Shown here in pieces: positions 1 through 12,240 of a stretch of 64,000 nt of DNA; position 1 is the first letter of the stretch, and each line of letters begins with the position of its first letter. The position numbers and the translations under genes were made by a program. Origin of the DNA: Camelus dromedarius (lineage: Eukaryota); contig NC_087452.1 in the NCBI RefSeq assembly GCF_036321535.1, positions 46,314,001 through 46,378,000 on the forward strand. Reading direction: 5' to 3'. The notes below the pieces were generated by a model, which saw only the letters and a program-made list of their open reading frames with translations, searched no databases and was not told where the DNA came from.

Positions 1-483
1 AACAGTGCATAAATGGCTAAGTTGGGATTTGAACCCAGAAAATCTCACTGGGGAGGCCAAGATTGTCTCAAAACGTGAGCATCCTGCTAGCCAGCATTTA
101 GAAACATCATTCCTCACAAACTTGGGACTGCTCCCACTTTTGGTTGTACCACCTGCCTAGGACTTGCTGAGTGGTGAGTCTGGGTGCCGTTCTGTGACCA
201 GTCATGTGTCCACAGCCCTGCGTGGCCGTAAGACTCTTAACAAGCACACCCCCAGCCCCGAATGTGGAGGGTTGATGATATTCCCTGAAAAAGAGACAAG
301 GTTCTCCAACACTCCTGACAAATGGTGGAGAAATGACTTTGAAATCTTGGGAAAGTTTTGCCACTCTCTGAAAACCCATTTCTTCGTCAGTAAAATGAAG
401 AATCTGGATGAGCTAACTGCATGGGCTTCATTTCAGCATTAAAAAAAAAAAGTTATAACTCCAAAACGACAAAGATAACAATC

Positions 484-608
484 TTTTTGGGGGAGGGGTA
501 ATTAGGCTTTTATTTACTTACTTATTTTTAGTGGAAGTACTGAGGATTGAACCCAGGACCTTGTGCACGCTAGGCACACACTCTTCCACTGAGCTATACC
601 CTCCCCCC
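484..608 (-). mobile_element. tRNA-Ala-derived camelid SINE (Vic-1-like), intron 3
   Basis: Reverse complement of GGGAGGGTATAGCTCAGTGG...GGTTCAATCC...CCTAATTACCCCTCCCCC plus A tail. Confidence 0.9.
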
Positions 609-623
609 TCAAGACAAAGAGAA

Positions 624-782
624 NNNNNNNNNNNNNNNNNNNNNNNNNNNNNNNNNNNNNNNNNNNNNNNNNNNNNNNNNNNNNNNNNNNNNNNNNNNNN
701 NNNNNNNNNNNNNNNNNNNNNNNNNNNNNNNNNNNNNNNNNNNNNNNNNNNNNNNNNNNNNNNNNNNNNNNNNNNNNNNNNN
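624..782. other. N-gap (159 nt)
   Basis: Run of N. Confidence 1.
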
Positions 783-819
783 TGGTGCCAGCTCACCTGC
801 ACTTCAGTTAAGGAAGGGA

Positions 820-935
820 GTGGGCACCCAGAGTTCAAGAGTCTGGAGTGGGGTCCGGGAATCTGCATCTCTAACAGGTTCTCAGGGGATGCCACCTGCT
901 GCTGGTCTAGGCAATGCACCTGGAGAACCACTGCT
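820..935. mobile_element. MER5A-like hAT MITE fragment
   Basis: GGGGTCCGGGAATCTGCATCTCTAACAGGTTCTCAGGGGATG..GAGAACCACTG. Confidence 0.65.
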
Positions 936-1144
936 CCGGGTGACAAAAACTTTCTCGATGACAATAATGTGGGCTCCCTGAGCCACACCTGAGACGGACT
1001 GGAGCCAGCCCTGCGACCCCCTACGCACCTCCTTCTGCCGGGTGAACGGTTCCCGATCACAGCGAGAGCTCAGCCCCCACACCAGCCACGCATGGAGGGA
1101 TGTGCTCTGAGCCGGGCTCCAGGCCCTCGGAGAAGAGCACTCAC

Positions 1145-1335
1145 CTTCAGAGAAGATGATGTGGTCGTTGCACTCATCGGAGCTACAGGAACACATGAAG
1201 AAAGTCTCTCCTGACCCCTTCTTTTCCTTCATGATGCACTTGGGAGAAGCCGCGTCGTCGAGAACAAAGCCATGGTAAGCGATCTTGGGGTCGTGGCAAA
1301 CCGTCTCTAGTGTGATGTTCTCATCATTCTTTCTC
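1145..1335 (-). CDS. TGFBR2: TGFBR2 exon 3 (191 nt; W88-E151, C-terminal ectodomain)
   Basis: Acceptor CCCCAG| at 1336, donor G|GTGAG at 1144, branch-like CTCAC at 1362-1366. Encodes (W)[63 protein letters not shown] with N94 sequon and C101/121/136/138/143. Confidence 0.98.
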
Positions 1336-1415
1336 CTGGGGTGGGGCAGAGATGGGGGTGGGTGAGCGTGGGCTCTGCACAGAGAAGCAGTCTGAGTGGT
1401 ATTTCCCTCCAGCTG

Positions 1416-2032
1416 TTTCTTTTTTTAAAAAAAATTTTGAGTGAAGTACGGTCAGTTACAATGTGTCAATTTCTGGTGTACAGCACAACGTCCCAGTCTT
1501 GCATATACACACATGTATTTCTTTTCATATTCTTTCCCATTATAGGTTATTACAATATTGAACACAGTTCCCTGTGCTGTACAGTAGAAACCTGTTATTT
1601 TCCCCATAGTATTTAGTATATGAAAATTTCCAACTCCCAATTTATCCTTTTGCACCCCTTCTGGTGACCATAAGTTTGTTTTCTAAATCTGTGAGTCTGT
1701 TTCTGTTTTGTATATAAATTCATTTGTGTCTTTTTTTTAAGATTCCACATGTAAGTGGTATCCTATGGTATTTTTCTCTCTTTCTGGCTTACGATTTCCA
1801 GGTCCATCCATGTTGCTGCATATGGCATTATTTTATTCTTTTTTTTTTTTAAATTGAAGTACAGTCAATTACAATGTGTCAATTTCTGGTGTACAGCACA
1901 ATGTCTCAGTCGTGTGTATACATACATATATTCATTTCCATATTCTTTTCCATTATAGGATACTATAAGGTATTGAATACAATTCCCTGTGCTGTACAGT
2001 ATAAACTTGTTGTTTATCTGTTTTATATATAG
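1416..2032 (-). mobile_element. Two adjacent 5'-truncated L1 3'-UTR fragments (~1416-1840 and ~1841-2032) in intron 2, sense to TGFBR2
   Basis: Each begins with a T tract and TTGAAGTAC(A/G)GTCA..TTACAATGTGTCAATTTCTGGTGTACAGCAC, a cetartiodactyl-type L1 3' end. Confidence 0.85.
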
Positions 2033-2412
2033 TATAATATAAATTATGTTATGTGTGGTGTGTGTGTCTGTGTGTGTGTGGTGAGATGGGGGGATCGGGG
2101 AGGGAGAGAGAGAGACAGGAGGGAAGGGAAGAAGGACTAAGATAAAGACATGGCTCTGCTCCCAGAGAAAGATGCAGCAGGCAGCCCATTGGAGGTTGAT
2201 GTCTCGGCCAAGGCTTCTAAGGAACAGGTCGTCGTCTGATTCCCTTTTATGACAAGGGCTTCCCTCTCCTCACAGCCCACCTGTCATTTCCATGCAAGGG
2301 GACTGAGTTTGCCTCTGAAGAACAAAGCTCCTGGCATCACTGCCAGCTCCCAAAGGGTGTCAATGACTAGGAAGTGGCACATCCTGATCCTTGACACAGT
2401 TTCTATTGTAAC

Positions 2413-2544
2413 TTTTTTTTTTTTGCACGGGGGAGGCAATTAGGTTTATTTATTTATCTGGTTTTTTGATGGAGGTACTGGGGATTGAACCCAGGACCTC
2501 GTGCATGCTAAGCATGCACTCTAGCACTTGAGCTGCACCCTCCC
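2413..2544 (-). mobile_element. Vic-1-like SINE, intron 2
   Basis: Same tRNA head, AT-rich linker and CCTAATT(G/A)CCTCCCCC tail with poly(A). Confidence 0.9.
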
Positions 2545-2777
2545 ACCTTATTTTAACTTCTGTAATAATTTCTACCGCTATTTAATTTACATAGCTATGG
2601 TACATAATAAAGGAGTGTATGTGCATTTGAAAATGTGCAGAGTACTTGGAGCGATTACACTGGATGACTGATGGAGAGGGAAGGCACCTGAGCTGGGAGG
2701 TGACGCTTGGGGCGTGGAGACGTGTGACCTGGATCACTTACCAAAGCGGGAGAGAAAGGTCTGAAAGCCAGCCTTAC

Positions 2778-2946
2778 CAGACGGCCACGCAGACTTCGTG
2801 CGGCTTCTCGCAGATAGCCGTGATGCTGCAGTTGCTCAGGCAGGATTTCTGGTTGTCACAGGTGGAGGCGCGCACGTCGCAGAACTTACACAGTTGCGGA
2901 AGCTTGACGGCGCCGTTATTGTCCGTGACCAGCATGTCACTGTTCA
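2778..2946 (-). CDS. TGFBR2: TGFBR2 exon 2 (169 nt; V32-W88)
   Basis: Acceptor CTTTTCCCTCCCAG| at 2947, donor TG|GTAAGG at 2777. Encodes [57 protein letters not shown] with 7 Cys and N70 sequon. Confidence 0.98.
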
Positions 2947-4389
2947 CTGGGAGGGAAAAGAGGGATGTGTGACTATCTAGCTGCATAGCAGCTGCCCGTG
3001 AATTCCTGATGACCTGGTGCTTTCTCAGAGGAGGAACCCGATGTCAGGTGTGCGAATGGGGAGAAAGACGCTTGGATGCCCCTGCGCGTGCAAGGTGCAG
3101 GGAAGGCCTTGGCGGGGAGGAGGTGGCTGGGGTTGGGGAGGTTGCTCAACTTCTTGCCTTTGTCAGTGCGCATCGTACGGCGTTCTTTCTACCAACGCCT
3201 CCTCCTTCAATCCAGAAACAGTCTGGGTTGGCCTACTGCATTGGATTGGGAGCACGAAACACTCGCCCTTAAGGAAATTGTAGTTTCGCTGGTGGATGGA
3301 CACAGAAACAGACCAAGGCAGGGCCACCCAGAACAGAGAGAGAGACACAGAGGAATGGGAACCAGGCAGGCGTTGTCACCTCACAGGCAGAGGGGGTCAC
3401 GTGGAGCAGAGCTGGGGCATGTGGAATGGGGTCTGCCGGCTCGGAGGAGCCCCGGGGGTGATGTGGGACTCTGCCGTTGCTCCCCTGACCACCCCACCAG
3501 CCCCGACACAGCTGTCCAGACCTCCTTCGCAAGGGCCTGGCTCTGATGTCTCCTGGTTGCCTTGAGCGAACTCAGTTGATGATGTGTGTCTCCTGGACAC
3601 ACAGGGTAAGGCCTGAGGTCCTGCAGGGGACCCCCAGGAGGTTCAGCCTGAAGGTCTGTCCCGGGCCACCTCTCTGACCTCATCCATCCCGCCGCCACCC
3701 TCCAACTGACTCCTTGCTCACTGCCTTTTAGGACACACAGGCCTTTCCTGGAAGAAGCCAAGTTCCTGACTTCCTCAGGCCCTCCCCTGCCGTCACCCTT
3801 CCTGGTCTCTGGTGAAACGTCACCTCTTCCCCCCAAAGCAGCCCCCAAGGAACCAGCAGAGAGCTTTGTTCTATCTTCTGCTCACACACTCTCCATCACT
3901 CCCTGGCCTCTAATCTAGCCACCAAAACTATGCTCAACCAGACCTTCTCTCCTGGTCTCCAGTTTCCTCCAGGGCCAGGAAGAGGGGCTGTCATGGAGAA
4001 GGCACCCAAACGTGGGCGCTGCGTCACTGGGGACTCGCGGAGACATAAGGAATGGATGACGGAAGTTCATCTTTGGCCTCTGCACCGGGTGGGAACGGTC
4101 CAGGCCTTCTTCCCACTCGTCAGGGGGGTGTGATTATACACGCAGTAGTCAGGCACACCCATGCGTAACTGAAGACAGACTGTCTTTGGGAACATGTGCT
4201 ACACACCGAAAGGTGACAGAAAAGGTGCAACACCCCTTCCCGCTCCTCTCCCTCAGTGAGATCCTTTTCCTTTGGCCACGGTGGTAACCACAGGCATGAG
4301 TCTGGAGAGCAGGACAAGGCTGTTGGGTATCTGGCCAACAAACATGAACTCAGGACACTTCTCTGCTGGACTAGGAAAGGTTAGGCACC

Positions 4390-4408
4390 CGGACAGCAGG
4401 TGGCGCTA
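4390..4408 (+). promoter_or_regulatory. Candidate CTCF site in intron 1
   Basis: CGGACAGCAGGTGGCGCTA versus consensus TGGCCACCAGGGGGCGCTA: 15/19 identical, plus two commonly tolerated variants. Confidence 0.5.
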
Positions 4409-5132
4409 GACCAGACTGGCCATCAGGAGGCAGGAGGTGTGTCCCCCCCCAGGGACCAGCCTCCACCAGGCCTAAGCAAATCCCCCTCGTCCTCTCGTGT
4501 GTTAAGCACCCTCCTGCCTAAAGCTGGATGCACAGTTTCAACGCCTTCCCACGGCCGCCCTGGCTCATGAATTTGAGTTTCTGTCGTTGGCACTTTGCCA
4601 CCCAAAGCCCTCTGTCGCCTGGGCACAGCACCTGTTTCCTGGGTCTCTAAAAATATAAACATAAATTTAAGATGTGCTTTCTTGTGGCACATTAAATATA
4701 GAAGCAAAAAATAAACCCATTCATCCCTCCTAGGCCTCAAGTTCATTTCAGGAAGTGTATTTTTAGGTAACAAACTATTTTGAAATTCTCAACGTCTCCC
4801 AGACCCAGAGCTCTAAACTTAGCTGAAAACACAGGCCACAATGCTCTCTGAATCTTGTGTTCAATCTGAGACCAACACAACAATGAGTATATATATCTAT
4901 ATCTTCGACAATGGTTAGATTTGGATCCATGTATGAACCAGCTAAGTTAACCCTTCAGGCTTCCCTAGAAGACATGGCAAAGCAAAAAACAAAACTGAAA
5001 ACTAGGCCATGTTCTGTTTAGTTTCAGACAAACTATTTGCTGGTTAGAAAGCTTTGTTGTTCTTAAATATAAAACCAAGCCTCCATGATGTGGAATTCTG
5101 CCTTCCCGCATTTTAGGATTTTAGCCTATAAT

Positions 5133-5310
5133 AGTGGTTATCAACTTTGGGGGCATGTTGGAATCCAATACCTAAGGAGCTTTAAAAAAAGCCGTGAAGC
5201 AGCCATCCCAACATGCTGATTTAATTGTCCTGGAGGGTGGCCTGAACACCAGGGTTTTCAGAAGCTGCCCAGATGATTCTCAAGGTGCAATCGAGGCTGA
5301 GATGCTGACT
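5133..5310. mobile_element. MER5A-like hAT MITE
   Basis: TAGTGGTTATCAACTTT..GGAGCTTTAAAAA..CTGATTTAATTG..GATGATTCT..GGCTGAGA. Confidence 0.7.
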
Positions 5311-7639
5311 TGGAGACAGTGTGAAACAACATCACTGGCACAAAGTAAACAACAAAAAATCGCCCTCCCTCCCCCCCCGGGCGCTGCATGCACAAACACA
5401 CAGATGACTTATGGGACAGTGACGGGGTAGCCCCCCAGTCAAGCTGGGAGACGTCTCCTTGTGAAGGACATGCACCTCAAGCCATGTGATGTGTGCTCTG
5501 ACACCGCAGATGGAAAGGAGCTTCCCTGGGCTGGCAGATCCTCTTCTAACAGAAGCTAAAAACAAAGTGTGAGAAAAGGAGTGGAGTCAGGAGTGACGGG
5601 AGAGGGAAAAGACAGCTGTGACGGGGGCTGGACGCGGTGTGGCAGCCACAGATGTGTTGACGAGTGTAAGTGCTTTAGATCTGATGCCTGCAAAACCCAA
5701 TCAGGGAAGACACAAAAAAGATAGCCAAACAGAAAAAAAAAAAAAAAAAGGAAGAAGAAAAAAGGAAGGAAGAAAGAAAGAATAAAGGAAAGAAGAAGAG
5801 AGGGGCCAGCAGGCTACATGATTCCGGGACCCCTCCGATGACCCCTCCGATGGCAGCCGGACACACGGGTGCACAGCCTTGCTGCCCGACGGTGAGGCTG
5901 GAGCGAGAAATCGCTCCACCAGATTCTGGGGAAAAGGCAAAAGGCCAACTTCACTTCATAGTTGAAGGCACAGGCATGTGGAGAGAGGAGGCGGCGTGCA
6001 ACGGGAGCGTGTACATATTAAGCACCCACTGTATGCAAGTTAACTCAGCCAGGGGGGCCTCATTTTTTCCTTCGTTAAAGCAAAAACTACCACAGCCAAG
6101 GTGAGCAAACTTTTGCGCTTGATCAGCTCTTTAATTTGAATTTGAAAAATTCAAAAGCCTTTACACAGGCTTACACTCCCATTCCCCCAGCCCCGCCAGC
6201 CACTCCCTGCGAGCTGACCTCAGGAGGCTCCCCACCTGGTCAATTTTGCCAGCAACTCACATCCCTCCGCTTGAGGCCAGTGCTGTCCTCGGCGAACACG
6301 TGCATTGGTGGGAAAGCCCCCTCCACCTTTGTTGGGGAGGGGTCACCTAATTCTGATAAAAGCGTTCTGAGCCCCCTCTAGGGTGAGGGGCAGAGAGAAA
6401 TGCATACACACCTGTGCTCATCCTTCCAGCGGGCTGGCTCACAGATTCCCTGATGGGCCCCTGAGCCCCAGGTGAAGAATCCCATCGCAGAGCCCACTGA
6501 GGACCTGCAGGACAGCTCTCACCTGATCAGAGTGGGGCGCAGGGCCGGCCAGCGGGGCGGAGGGTGGAGATGGTCATTCATTCCATGTACAACTGCCTCT
6601 GTGCAGCCCCAGAGGTTACTGTCGTGATCTCAAGAAGCAAACAACACTTATGTCTCACACTTAATGCTTGTGAGGTCAAAGGAGTGAAGATACGTGTGCC
6701 TAGTCAGGGATGAAGTTGTTACTTCAAGCAACAACACAGCGAAAGCCTCCTGATTAACTCTACAGCAAACCCTACCGACTTGCAAATTCCTTCCAGTGCT
6801 GGTCTGAGAACGCTGCTCCCCAGTGTCTTCAGTTAAGATCCTCTCATATGAAGGTGTATTTTACGACCTAGGGACCCTCTGGGAGCAGCCCACTGCCTCA
6901 GGATTTTCTCCCCAGAGTAGGTACATTAGCTCGTCATCACGTGCTCCAGAATGAGACGCTCTCTCGCCTAGAAAGCCAGCCGGCGAAGGAAGTGGGCAGG
7001 GACTGCCTGTTCTCATTCCGCATATGACAGGGTCATGTGGCCCATCACACTTCCTTCTCTTCAAACAGACCCAGGGTAAGAGCAAGCCCTTCAGTCTAAA
7101 TCATACCGCCTTCCTCATTTGAGGGCTCGTTTCCCCCAAACTCGCTGCCTAGAGACAGGTCCCAGGTCTTGAGAAGATGAACCAAGGATGTGTTCAGTTG
7201 TGTCTATTTCTGGAACAGGGCTGTCGCCCTTGAAAGTCAATGAGGAGCAGCCGAGTAAGGTTCAGCCTTACTCCAGATAAATCGGACGGATCTTGCATGC
7301 AGCTTGTCAGTCCGTACCTTTGGAGTGGTGTCTACATGAGCTGAACTATTAGGTGAAACCTCAAAATTCCAGAAATAGCCCCAGACACTTTGCCAGGAAT
7401 GCACTGGCCTGTCTTTGAATTCACGCATCCATCTACCGTCACTGTGTGGTACGTTTCGGGGGCACTTAGGACTGCATTTATTCCACAAAAGCCTGTGGAT
7501 GTCTTGCTTATAGTGCGATGTCCTTCACAGCAGGATCCTTAAAGCTGATATAACCAAGTGCAGCATCTCAAAGAGGAACGCATGGCGACTGGTGGACAGA
7601 ACTCACTGGGACTCAGGACACGGCTCCTTGGACATTAAC

Positions 7640-7667
7640 AAGCACAGAAAGCCCCTGGGAATATGGG

Positions 7668-7705
<38 letters not shown>

Positions 7706-7910
7706 TGGCTCATACACTTGTGAGGCGGGCAAGTCGGAAATTTCTAGGGCTGGTTGGCAGGTGGAAATTGAGGCAGGAATCAATGGTGCAGTTTTGAGGC
7801 AGAATTCCTTCTCTGGGAAACCGCAATTTCTGCTTGGGAGGCCTTCCAATGGATTGGATGAGGATAATCTACTTTTCTGAAAGTCAGCTGACTGTAGTTG
7901 TTGATTCTCT
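7640..7910 (-). mobile_element. ERVL LTR fragment (MLT2-like) with internal (TG)16
   Basis: ATTGGCTCA..GGCAAGTC..AGAATTCCTTCT..GGCCTT..GATTGGATGAGG..TAATCT motif series. Confidence 0.7.
7671..7702. repeat. (TG)16 microsatellite
   Basis: Direct read. Confidence 0.97.
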
Positions 7911-10900
7911 GCCACGTACGTTCACGGCGGCACCCGGATTCGTGCCTGATGAAAGACCAGGGCACTCAGAGCCGAGCCCAGCGCTCACAGGTACCATCGG
8001 GGTAGGACTGCGCCTCTGTTCACGCTCAGAGCAGGACGTCTGGGGAGAACCCCGCGTATGGCTGGCTGTGATGGCCCTTCCTCCACTCTTTCCAGGTCGA
8101 GCAAAATCAAGCCCCCCCCCCCCAGGCACATCTCATCTTCCAGTTATTTCCATCTGCTCTTTTCTTCAGCCTGGCCTCATAAATGATCATGGGCCCAGAG
8201 GCTCTGATCACCACATGGGCCCAGAGCAGAAGGACTTGTTCTCTGAAAGGTTTTTCATTTGCAGTTGGCATTTCAGAATCGGACACAGTGACACCCACCT
8301 GGCAGCCGGCCGCCGGGGTCTGTGGTGCTGGCACAGGCGCCCGGGGCCCCCACGACCAGGTGGGATGAGTCTCCTGGCCTCTCACAAGCACCCTCCCGCC
8401 CTGGACAAAGCAGCGAGTCAAACCACCTCGTGAGACCCTTCACGAAAGAAAGGCTTTCTTTCAGACAGGCTTTCATGAGCAAGTCAGAAACTTTGGCCAA
8501 TGGCTGTAACCAAACAGATGAACAAAACAGATCTCGTGATTAAGTCGAAGACAGTTTAGGAAGATTTCCCCTCTCTGAACATCTATTGATTGCATCCTCA
8601 GAACTTCTAACACAAGGCAAAACCTTATTTTTTAGTTTTACTATTGTATTTTAACCCTCATCCCCTAAGTAATTATAGGTTATATTGAAAGCTGGAGAGG
8701 AGGGGCAGTCCCTCCCTAAAACAACCGTCACCCAAGGCGACCAGGATCATCAGTACTGGAGAAACCACTAAGATAACTGGGAGGCCAGAGTGTGCACAGG
8801 AAAGAAACCAAGACACTGGCCTGAAGGCATCCTTTTTTTTTTTCTTTCATGCAAATATTTTTGCAATAATAATACTCTTTAAAAACCTTCCAGGCATGAC
8901 CTCATCTATACCCTAAAATCTCTTCGAAATGGCAGGGAAATCATTCTTAGTGGTGGTCAAAAACCTAGTAAGAAAAGACAGATATCTGTCCACATTGAAA
9001 CTGCCAACCACGTGGTCAACCATTAGGGATTTATCAGGTCTCTGTAATATTCTCCACACAGCAAGAGACGTAAAACAAGTATTGGGTGGGTCCCTGCCCT
9101 CCAGGGGCTTGCATTCTAGATCAAGAGGCAAGATTGTCAAATGCTCCCAACTTGCTGTCTGTGCAAGCATGAGGTCAGAAAAAGTTAGAGTGCTGAACCA
9201 GGAGTACTCAGGTTCATGGGGGAGTTTGTCCTTGAAGGATGGGTGGTTTGGAGAGGCACAGGACAGACAGGCTCTCTGGGTGGGGAACGGAGCTCAGACC
9301 AGGAGACGTCGAGCAGAACCAGGGATCCCGACCTTCTAGGGGCTGGATCTCTGAAGACAGAGAATCATTCAACACACATGCATCCTCTGTGTTCCAGACA
9401 GAACGGTGGAGAGGTACACGGATGTCCCAGGTGTGGACACTGTTCATAGGATGGCTCAGCCAGAACTGGATTCACAAGAGGCAGGAACAGGACCCCACTC
9501 TGGCAGCCTGGTCTCGTAACAGGAATATTCTATTCTAAAAATGCCCTGAAGAAACTCAACGCCTGGTTTAAAAACTAAAACTCAAGGGCTGGAGAATAAA
9601 CCACTGATTCCGGATGGTTGTAGATCACCTTAATAAAGCACCAACCTAAATTCATTGTTATGTAGGTAACTGTGAATGAACTGGAGAGGGGGTGTGTGTA
9701 TGTGAGTCTTTGACTTGTTCAACTGAAGAAATGTAACTTTGAGGCTTTCTTTCTTTCTGTTTTCTTTATTTTTTAAGCTTTTTTGGCTCATAAGTTTAAC
9801 AGTTCACTATGAATGGTTTTAAGAAAACCGTATAAATGTAAATTTGTATTCACCAAACAAGTAAATTAAGAGATTGAGGGATATTTGGAAGGAATTAATT
9901 CCATAGAGTACTTTAAGTTGAAAACTTGATTGTGCCTTTAAACTAGGATTTTTAAATTTTGATTTATAAGGAAATTGTAAAGGAGCTCTATATAGTATAA
10001 AACCAGTGGCAGCTGAATGGAAAAGTAATTGGCTTTTTCCAGGGACAAACATGAAACGACTGAACTGGAGTTTCAACTGCAGTCTTCCCTATTTAACACC
10101 CCCCTGCCCCAGTAACGCCAAATAACCCCCAAACATGCACGCTCTGTTTTCTTGCTTATCCTTGAATTTTTTGGATCATTTAAGGAATGAAGTGTAGTTT
10201 GCGTTCTCCCAACACTTGCTGAATTTGACTTTTTTCGCCTTTGATATATATCCCAGAATCAGGTCACATATCAGGTGACAAAACTCAAACATTTAAAATG
10301 ACTCTTGCAGGTGGAAATACTCTTCTGCTGCCAAAGGCCAAGTGTCAGACACCAGCACCGCTGTCACATCCGAAGAGCTAGAAACCTTGCCTCTCTCTCA
10401 GCCCCCTTCCTTCTTTAATCGGGATCTCAAGGATCAACACCCTTCTGAGAGCTGGGCAGAGGTGAGTGGCTGGCGACAAATACCACCGCCCACACTGCCA
10501 ATTTTAGGTTATCACTGAAAAAGCTGATTTCAACAGAGCCTGCATCTGGCAAATCCTAACCGTGGCATCTTTGAAACGAGCCCCAAATCAAGAGCAAGTA
10601 GGGGCTGGGGCTGAGGAAAAGAGGAAATAAGGTGAAAAAAAAAAAGTCAAGCCACATCCATGCAGGTGGGGCATCAAGTGAAGGAGTGGACCGTGGCACT
10701 ATCTCACAGACCAACAAAACCATCACCATCTTGCCAGCAAGTGCGTTCAGGTTGGCCCTTCACATAAAGTAACAGTAACTGAGAAAACAATTCTCTCTCC
10801 GTCTTCGGTATGACTTGGATGGTATACTGTAGCAACCAGGAGAATAACCCAGAGATTATTGAAAATAAAAGACGATTAACGAACTCTCTTAGTGACAGTC

Positions 10901-12187
10901 AAAACAAGGCTGGTAAATAGTCTGATAGCGGCAGGATAATGAGCCCACGATTTATGAAGCACAATCGTGTGCCAATTCCGCTAAAATCGTCTGTTACTCA
11001 CCGGAAAAATTAGCCAGCAGAAACAAACATGCCTCATTTATCTGCTCTGAAAGAGCCTTCAAATTAGCCCTTTATGGAAAGGTTGGGCAGGATAGGGCAT
11101 GGTTCTTTTTTCAAGATGCTTGCCATCTTATAGGAAATAAAGGAACACATACAAAAATGATTTTTTTTTTCTCAAAAGAACTCTGGACATGGAAAAGGTC
11201 TACCTGAAGATGCCCTTTTTCAGTAAGGTACTCATTCAGGGTTCAAACACTGCTTTAACTCACAGTGCTCAGGCCGCTGAACACAACACGGCAAAACGAA
11301 CTCAAAATCCAGTAAGAAGGGCTTTTTTTTTTTTTTTTAAAGGTAGCAGCTATTAGAGAATCAGAAAAATAGGCACGTGGAATGAAATGTTGGCTTCAAC
11401 TGAGCAAGAAGTTTGGTCTGAATATCAGTTTCCGGTGAGATCGGGCTTGTCAATTATTAATCTCTCTGCGGAGGCTTTTCCCCACCTGTCTTTCCAAATC
11501 TGCCACAGCATCCGCACGCATGCACCGTGCCGGAAAGGTTTTTCAATTACAGTTTAAGGAAGGATGTGAAGATGACGGTCCAAGCAGAAGATTCCCATAT
11601 TTGTGATCTGGAAAAGGGCTGGAAATACTCCTGCACTCAAGGGAGATACTCCGTTAAATGGTGAGTCCAAAAAGCTTGGTTTCTGGCCACCAAGTAACCC
11701 GGGTGGGGACCAGGATGAGAGATGCTGCGGGGGTGGACAGGGGCGAGGGCGGGCCCACAGGTGTATTCTGCTTGGCTTAAACTCTTTTCAAAATGTGAGC
11801 CAAGTTTTCCAATTAGGATATTTCACACGAAAAGCTGGATTTCCAACTCCACTTAAGAAAATAAAATATTTGGCAACTGTGTCATTATCCCATGACAACA
11901 GTTAGCTGGAGGTGAGGGGTGGTGGCACAAGCACCCCTACGTTTGCCCCATCCCTGTCACTCCCCGCTGCCCGGGCCCCGCGGCCATCTGAATGTTTACC
12001 ATTAATGAGTATTTGACACATCTATTCGATTGTCTCTTCCAACTTTAGAGGTTCAGTTGGACTGTAAAAACTCGTGATTCACTAATCTGGATATTTTTCC
12101 AATATGCATTTGCTTCTTGAATACGCATACTCAAACTTAGGTTCAAGAAAAAGGAAAACTTTCTACTTTAGAAATCAGATCTGCATA

Positions 12188-12240
12188 GGATGATGATAAT
12201 GATAATGATGATGATGATAATAATAAAAATAATAATAAAA
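12188..12240. repeat. Compound (GAT)n/(AAT)n repeat
   Basis: Direct read. Confidence 0.85.

Noticed and set aside
2815-2817. Ala at residue 75 in the ligand-contact SITAI segment (Ser in human)
   Set aside because: As recalled, rodents also have Ala here, so this is ordinary variation.
5828-5851. Short tandem duplications (GACCCCTCCGAT x2; similar at ~36270, ~53261, ~58861)
   Set aside because: Ordinary slippage events without evident function.
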